A stretch of DNA of 64,000 nt from positions 1 to 64,000 of the IMG/VR virus record IMGVR_UViG_3300021255_000108. One strand, given 5' to 3'. The notes beneath the pieces were generated by a model that had not been told where the DNA came from, searched no databases, and saw nothing but the letters and a program-made list of their open reading frames with translations. Position numbers and translations under genes: made by a program. This stretch comes from a virus (lineage: Duplodnaviria > Heunggongvirae > Uroviricota > Caudoviricetes). Of the stretch, positions 59,405-64,000 are shown piece by piece. Positions within the stretch are counted from its first letter, which is position 1. Each line of letters begins with the position of its first letter.

Positions 59405-60673
59405 CTATAGATAAGTGCTCATCATATAACCAACTTTATTGTTCCACATAATTTTTGACCAGGCGATGTTAGTTTCTTCTAACACATCCACTTCTTGTCC
59501 AATTGCGACCTTACCAATCCGCGCACTAGCAGAACTTGGCTCTTCGCGCAAATTAACTGTAGAACCAGAAGACGCTGTTACTGTTGCTTTATATAACACT
59601 TTAATCACCTCAACGTTATTGTTGTTATTGTGTTCTAACCCCGCTGGAATGCCCCAATGCGTCCAAGAATAAGAATCCAATGGACTTGGGCCAATTACAC
59701 CCTGCTTGCTACCACGCGCATCTACAAAAGTACCATCACCAAGATAAACGCCAGTATGCTACATTTTTCCATCTCTGTAACGATATAAGCAGCATACTTT
59801 ATCTCGCGGCAATGTGTCAATTGTACCTTTTTGTTCCCAGTTTGTTTTATTCCACTAAGAAGTAGCACCAGATACCATCTATATACCAGCCTGCGCCATA
59901 CATTTGCGCACAAAACCAGCGCAGTCAAATACTTCTTTTCCTATCCACTTTTTTACAACATCATAATCAACATAATCAGGATATTGATTAGCCTATTGTT
60001 GAATTAAACCTTCTGTACATCTTTGTCCAGTAGTTCCATAAATATATCCACAGCCAATTTTAGATTTGGCATAATTTATTACAGCCTATGCTCCTGTTGA
60101 CATAATAGACACCTCCCCATAATTGCCTCGTATTTCAACACCTGGATAATAAAATAATAATATTTCTTTGTAAGTAAACCCTTCTGCGGCCATATGTTTG
60201 GCGCCATTTTGACTCATACCAACGCCGTGTCCATTGCCACTTCCGGTATCATAAGGGTCTTCTTTAGAAATTAAATAGGGACGCATCCCTCCCCACCTTT
60301 CTTGTGAAGATTTGATGCGTCCACCGTTAGAAGCTGAAAAATATGCGTTATTTATTAAGTTATTATTATAATATAAAACTTCACCTTGCGTATCTTTTAC
60401 AGCCTACAATGCATTGCTATAAGTAGTTGTTGCTTTGGAAATTCTAAAAGCCTAATCAGAAGAACTCTTATCTGTTATAAATCCTTGAGATTTCAATTTG
60501 CGCAAAGCAAAAGTGCGCGATGCCACTGCCTACGCACGACACGCTTCAAGAGATGAATTACCAATTTCCGCACCTACTACACCTGTTAAATATTCTTCAA
60601 TATCTATTTCTATTTCTTCAGCTTGATAATGTGCTATATTTTCATCTCTTGTTAATTTAACGAGGATTTTCAT
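59405..60673 (-). CDS. multidomain endolysin (SpoIID/LytB-like, NlpC/P60 endopeptidase and SH3b domains), read through at least 4 TAGs
   Basis: EEYLTGVVGAEIG and GHGVGMSQNGA (SpoIID motifs); FDCAGFVRKCMAQAGI (NlpC/P60 catalytic Cys); SH3b-like C-terminus KATVTASSGSTVNLREEPS...GQEVDV; TAGs at 60086, 59993 and 59879 all lie in one frame. Confidence 0.6.
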
Positions 60674-60694
60674 AATGTATATATCATTCCTTTA

Positions 60695-61531
60695 TTAGAG
60701 ATAAAAAACTTCAACCTCACCCGTAAATGTATCATTTGAATTTGTATATAAACACATCTAATGAGAATAATGGTCCCATATCGTATATCTCCAAGAACCA
60801 TTATACCACATTGTATTAACAGCTAAAACGTTATCACTTGTTATATCTGGGAATGTAAATAGTTTATAATAACTATTTCCAGCCGCATTAAAAGATGATA
60901 AAGATAATGATACTTGCTTCCTCTATATAGACTAAAAATTAGTTACTTGCGCAACATTGCCACCAGAAAACCTAATGTTCCAATTGTTCGTACCAGCAAA
61001 ATTCATCGGATATAATAATAATGTACCATAATTACAATTATCTCCAGATTCGCCGCCGTAGCCATCTCCGCCCCAACGGTGTGGTATCCAGACAAAATTA
61101 TACCATTGATTATTACAAGGAATACCATTCCAAGTGGTGCCACCATTAAATGAGACCGAACCAATACATCCATTAGAATATTTCACTTGGCTAATAAATG
61201 CTGCCGGATCTGCAACTGTTGTTCCATAACTTCCAACTGCTCTTGCTTGATGCCAAGACGTAAAAATTGGCCCATTAAATGTACTTCTGCCAGAAACTTC
61301 TAACGCATTAGAAGTAAAATCAGGAGTAGCAACTCCAATAGATAAACTAGTTAGCGATAAATTTTCATTCTTTGTAGCATAAATTGTTGTTGCTTCTGTT
61401 TTTGTTAAATAATCATTGAGGCGAGTGGTTAACGCATTAGCACTGACCGCCCCTCCCTACCCTTCAAGTGCCAAAATTTTAGCTATCGCTGTATCAACTT
61501 GTACTCCACTATATGTACTATTATAACCCAT
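60695..61531 (-). CDS. tail-fiber-like protein read through 4 TAGs (about 278 aa)
   Basis: ATG at 61531; includes track ORF 60932..61186 (FNGGTTWNGIPCNNQWYNF); TAA at 60695. Confidence 0.45.
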
Positions 61532-61534
61532 AGA

Positions 61535-62320
61535 TTACTCCGTCCTTTTCCATATATATACCGCAGTATAAGGCGGCATAATATTTATCGTTTGACTGTC
61601 TGTTGAAAGTGCGGGGATTGGGTGAGTGTGAGATCCACCACCACCTATTAATCCAGTACCACCAGATGGATCGCCTTGACCTCTGGCAGCAGCGGCGGCA
61701 GTATTACCCGCGGTTATCCATTGACCAGAAGAATTATTGTATAATCTAGCACCCTAATGCGTTGTTTGTGTTGCTCCATTGTAATAATATGCATTGCCTG
61801 TTGTACCAGCATTAACCCACACATTAACTAGATGCCCGTGGCTTGGCATTTCAGCAATTGTTAAAGTGTGACTTCCTGATGTACTAGAAAATGTATGATG
61901 AATATGTGAGGCTGTTTCTGCTCCACCGCTGCTACCAACAGCGTGAGTACTACTAACACCTAATAAAAACTAACCCTATATTTGTTCCCATTTACCGCCA
62001 AATTTATTTGTTGGATTCTCACTATCCATACTCATATAAATGCTTCCAACGGGATAAATTAAATCAAGAATTTGTGATTCACTTAAATTCACGAGTCTTT
62101 CCTTTCTAACCAAGAATGGATGATTATCATAAACAATTAAATCTCCATCGGTTTCTAAAACAAATCGTACCATTGGTACACCAGCTGCACCAGCTAATTT
62201 CCAAATATCACTACTAAAAACATAAGGTAAACAATACTACCAAGCGCCATTATGATACACCTTGGGTAAAACCCATTCATCATCACCCTAATAGCGCATT
62301 ACAACTCCACCTTGTAACAT
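61535..62320 (-). CDS. phage tail collar-domain fiber protein read through 5 TAGs (about 261 aa)
   Basis: PVGSIYMS...NPTNKFGGKWEQI, MPSHGH, GGGGSHTHPIP and NIMPPYTAVYIWKRTE match the collar-domain pattern; includes track ORF 61976..62173. Confidence 0.55.
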
Positions 62321-62324
62321 ACCA

Positions 62325-64000
62325 TTACCTCACATAAATCCAAATGCGGCCATTCACTTTTACATTTGTGCTGCCCCATTCTTCATAATCAGGTACCGCT
62401 GATATCGTACCAACCACAGCCTGCGGATTTTGTAAATATTCTTCTGTAGTCATTATGCTGACAGTACCATTTGGCCCAGAACAAACAAACTCACCAATCG
62501 CATTGCGCGCGGCTTCTCTGCCTTCAAATAAATATACAAGCGCACGACCGGCAACAGCAATAGGCGTTTTAGCCGTATCGGTTTCACCGATGTTAAATCC
62601 AAAGGTATCAGACACAATTTTACAACCTTTTTGTAAGCGTTGATAAGTTGGCGCCATAGTGTCATCACCAATCTCATAAACACAAGAACCAGGTTTAATA
62701 TCATTTGAGAGAGGCACTGCACGCATTTCAGCATAGTCATTCCAAACGGCGCCATATAATTTACCTCCAGCAGTAATATCTCCGTTTTGTGCCCAAGAGA
62801 ACATCGATTGAGTATTTCCAGCCTGATTATAACCATAGATTCCGCGCCCTCCAGTGGTACTATTCTATGAATACATATATATTATTCCAGCAGTACCTTG
62901 TACAACCATTTGAGATTCACCAACATTGGTTCTATTAATTGTTAATATTCCAGTCATCGTATCTCCGCTTTTAGATACTTTATCATTGGCATTAACGTTG
63001 CCCCAACTTACATCGCCGTTTGCATCACTATTTTTTATTAGCGCTTGTCCAGTTGTTCCACCGTTCGGTATACTTGCTCCCCAACTTACATCGCCATCCG
63101 CATCGCTGGCCTTTATTAACGCCTGTCCAGTAGTGCCTCCGTTCGGCACGCTAGTGCCCCACATAACATCTCTATCGGTGTTACTACGCTTCACTAAGCA
63201 TTGCCCAGTAAAACCACCAATAGGAAGTTCATAATAAGGCTCACTTAATTGGAAGAATATCTATCCTTCTGTCGGATTTTCAGGAAGGACTTCACCATAA
63301 TTGGCATTTAATGTTCCTGTTATTTTATTTGTAACTTTTAAATCATATAAAGTAACACAGCCAGTGGATGGATTAACTTTTGGATAATTCTCAGAAATTA
63401 AGGCAAATGAAGTTGTATATTTCCCATTAGCAGGTTTTGCAAACGCGCCACTATTATTACTAGACGCCGCCATAAGCGGTAATTCAATATTATGAGGGGC
63501 GTCGCTCCAATATACATACACTTTTGAATTAGCATCAGTGTCTCTATCACCTCTGCGCCAAGCACCACCAGCCGAAGTTGTATCTGGAACCCAAGTCAAT
63601 ATAAGAACTGAATGCGCAGCTAAATGCGTAGTAAATCTACTATCAGCACTATAATAAACTGGTTTAGCACCAGTTGTTTGATTATTAGCTAAAGTTAAAT
63701 TTAATGTTGCGTTGCCATCTCCATCATATGGCAAATAATAAGCAATAGTTAATCCAGCATATAGTTCACTTACTGTTGTTAAATTACCTGTCCAAGTGCC
63801 AGTTTTTGCGGTCTAGGTCCCATTTACATAATAAATGCCACTAATACCAAGCTCACGAACAGCACCTTGCGCGGTATTGGCACCAGTACCACCATGTGAG
63901 ATTGGTAGTTCACCAGTAACACCAAGAATTACTTTATTACTAGTATAAATATCAGTACCATCACTATCATTTGCTATTGAATTTTCTAAATCAACTTTTA
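62325..64000 (-). CDS. tail fibre protein with Gly-rich tandem repeats, 5' end beyond the window, read through at least 3 TAGs
   Basis: track ORFs 62325..62804, 62865..63194 and 63261..63734 share one frame separated only by TAG (62865, 63261); repeat VPNGGTTGQALIK(A/N)SDA(D/N)GDVSWG x2; further TAG at 63813. Confidence 0.55.

Noticed and set aside
63780-63782. Apparent TAA terminating the tail-fibre frame above ORF 63261..63734
   Set aside because: I first read plus-strand 'taa' as a minus-strand stop. Its reverse complement is TTA (Leu), so the tail-fibre frame continues to the window edge.
1-64000. CRISPR arrays, integrases, transposases and prophage att sites
   Set aside because: There are no spaced direct repeats of CRISPR type and no recombinase or transposase motifs. 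The window looks like a contiguous virulent-phage genome segment rather than an integrated element.

Overview
The window reads as a large, AT-rich virulent phage genome of the large/jumbo type. About 58 kb on the + strand encode early functions, nucleotide metabolism and replication genes. These include a type IIA topoisomerase (GyrB/GyrA-like), RNase H, an ATP-dependent DNA ligase, a DnaB-like helicase, a DnaG-like primase, a RecJ-like DHH nuclease, an SF1 helicase, a PolC/DnaE-type DNA polymerase III alpha, anaerobic ribonucleotide reductase NrdD/NrdG, a dCTP-deaminase/dUTPase-family protein, a guanylate-kinase-like protein, a uracil permease and a nucleoside deoxyribosyltransferase. They are preceded by an ~8 kb tRNA island (2.3-10.3 kb) holding at least 17 tRNA genes interleaved with GC-rich, probably structured, non-coding spacers. 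A convergent late module on the - strand (58.4-64 kb) carries a lysis cassette and tail-fiber genes. Nearly every + strand gene follows a strong Shine-Dalgarno (AAGGAG), and ~18 transcription units start with a conserved extended -10 motif (TTTGATATAATATATAT). The main observation is that TAG is evidently not a stop codon in this genome. At least 25 genes contain in-frame TAG codons flanked by continuous conserved or domain-bearing sequence in the same frame, including the uracil permease, the RecJ-like protein, a Sak4-like ATPase, a RuvC-like protein, GIY-YIG and NUMOD1 proteins, the endolysin, two small membrane proteins and the tail-fiber genes. A suppressor tRNA with anticodon CUA lies at the end of the tRNA array (10184-10270). 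The codon contexts (TAG embedded in Q-rich runs such as VQQQ-TAG-PQ and KQ-TAG-EEQK) point to TAG being read as Gln, as in genetic code 15. TAA and TGA remain the terminators. Other notable content: a Pnk-like kinase, metallophosphoesterases and an Rnl2-like RNA ligase with a tRNA-binding OB domain, plus a PTH2-type peptidyl-tRNA hydrolase, which together suggest tRNA healing/sealing; a vWA/TROVE-like (possibly Ro60-like) protein; a putative restriction-modification pair; and three type-I (short variable arm) tRNAs carrying Leu anticodons. All coordinates and calls were read by eye from the sequence and should be treated as approximate.
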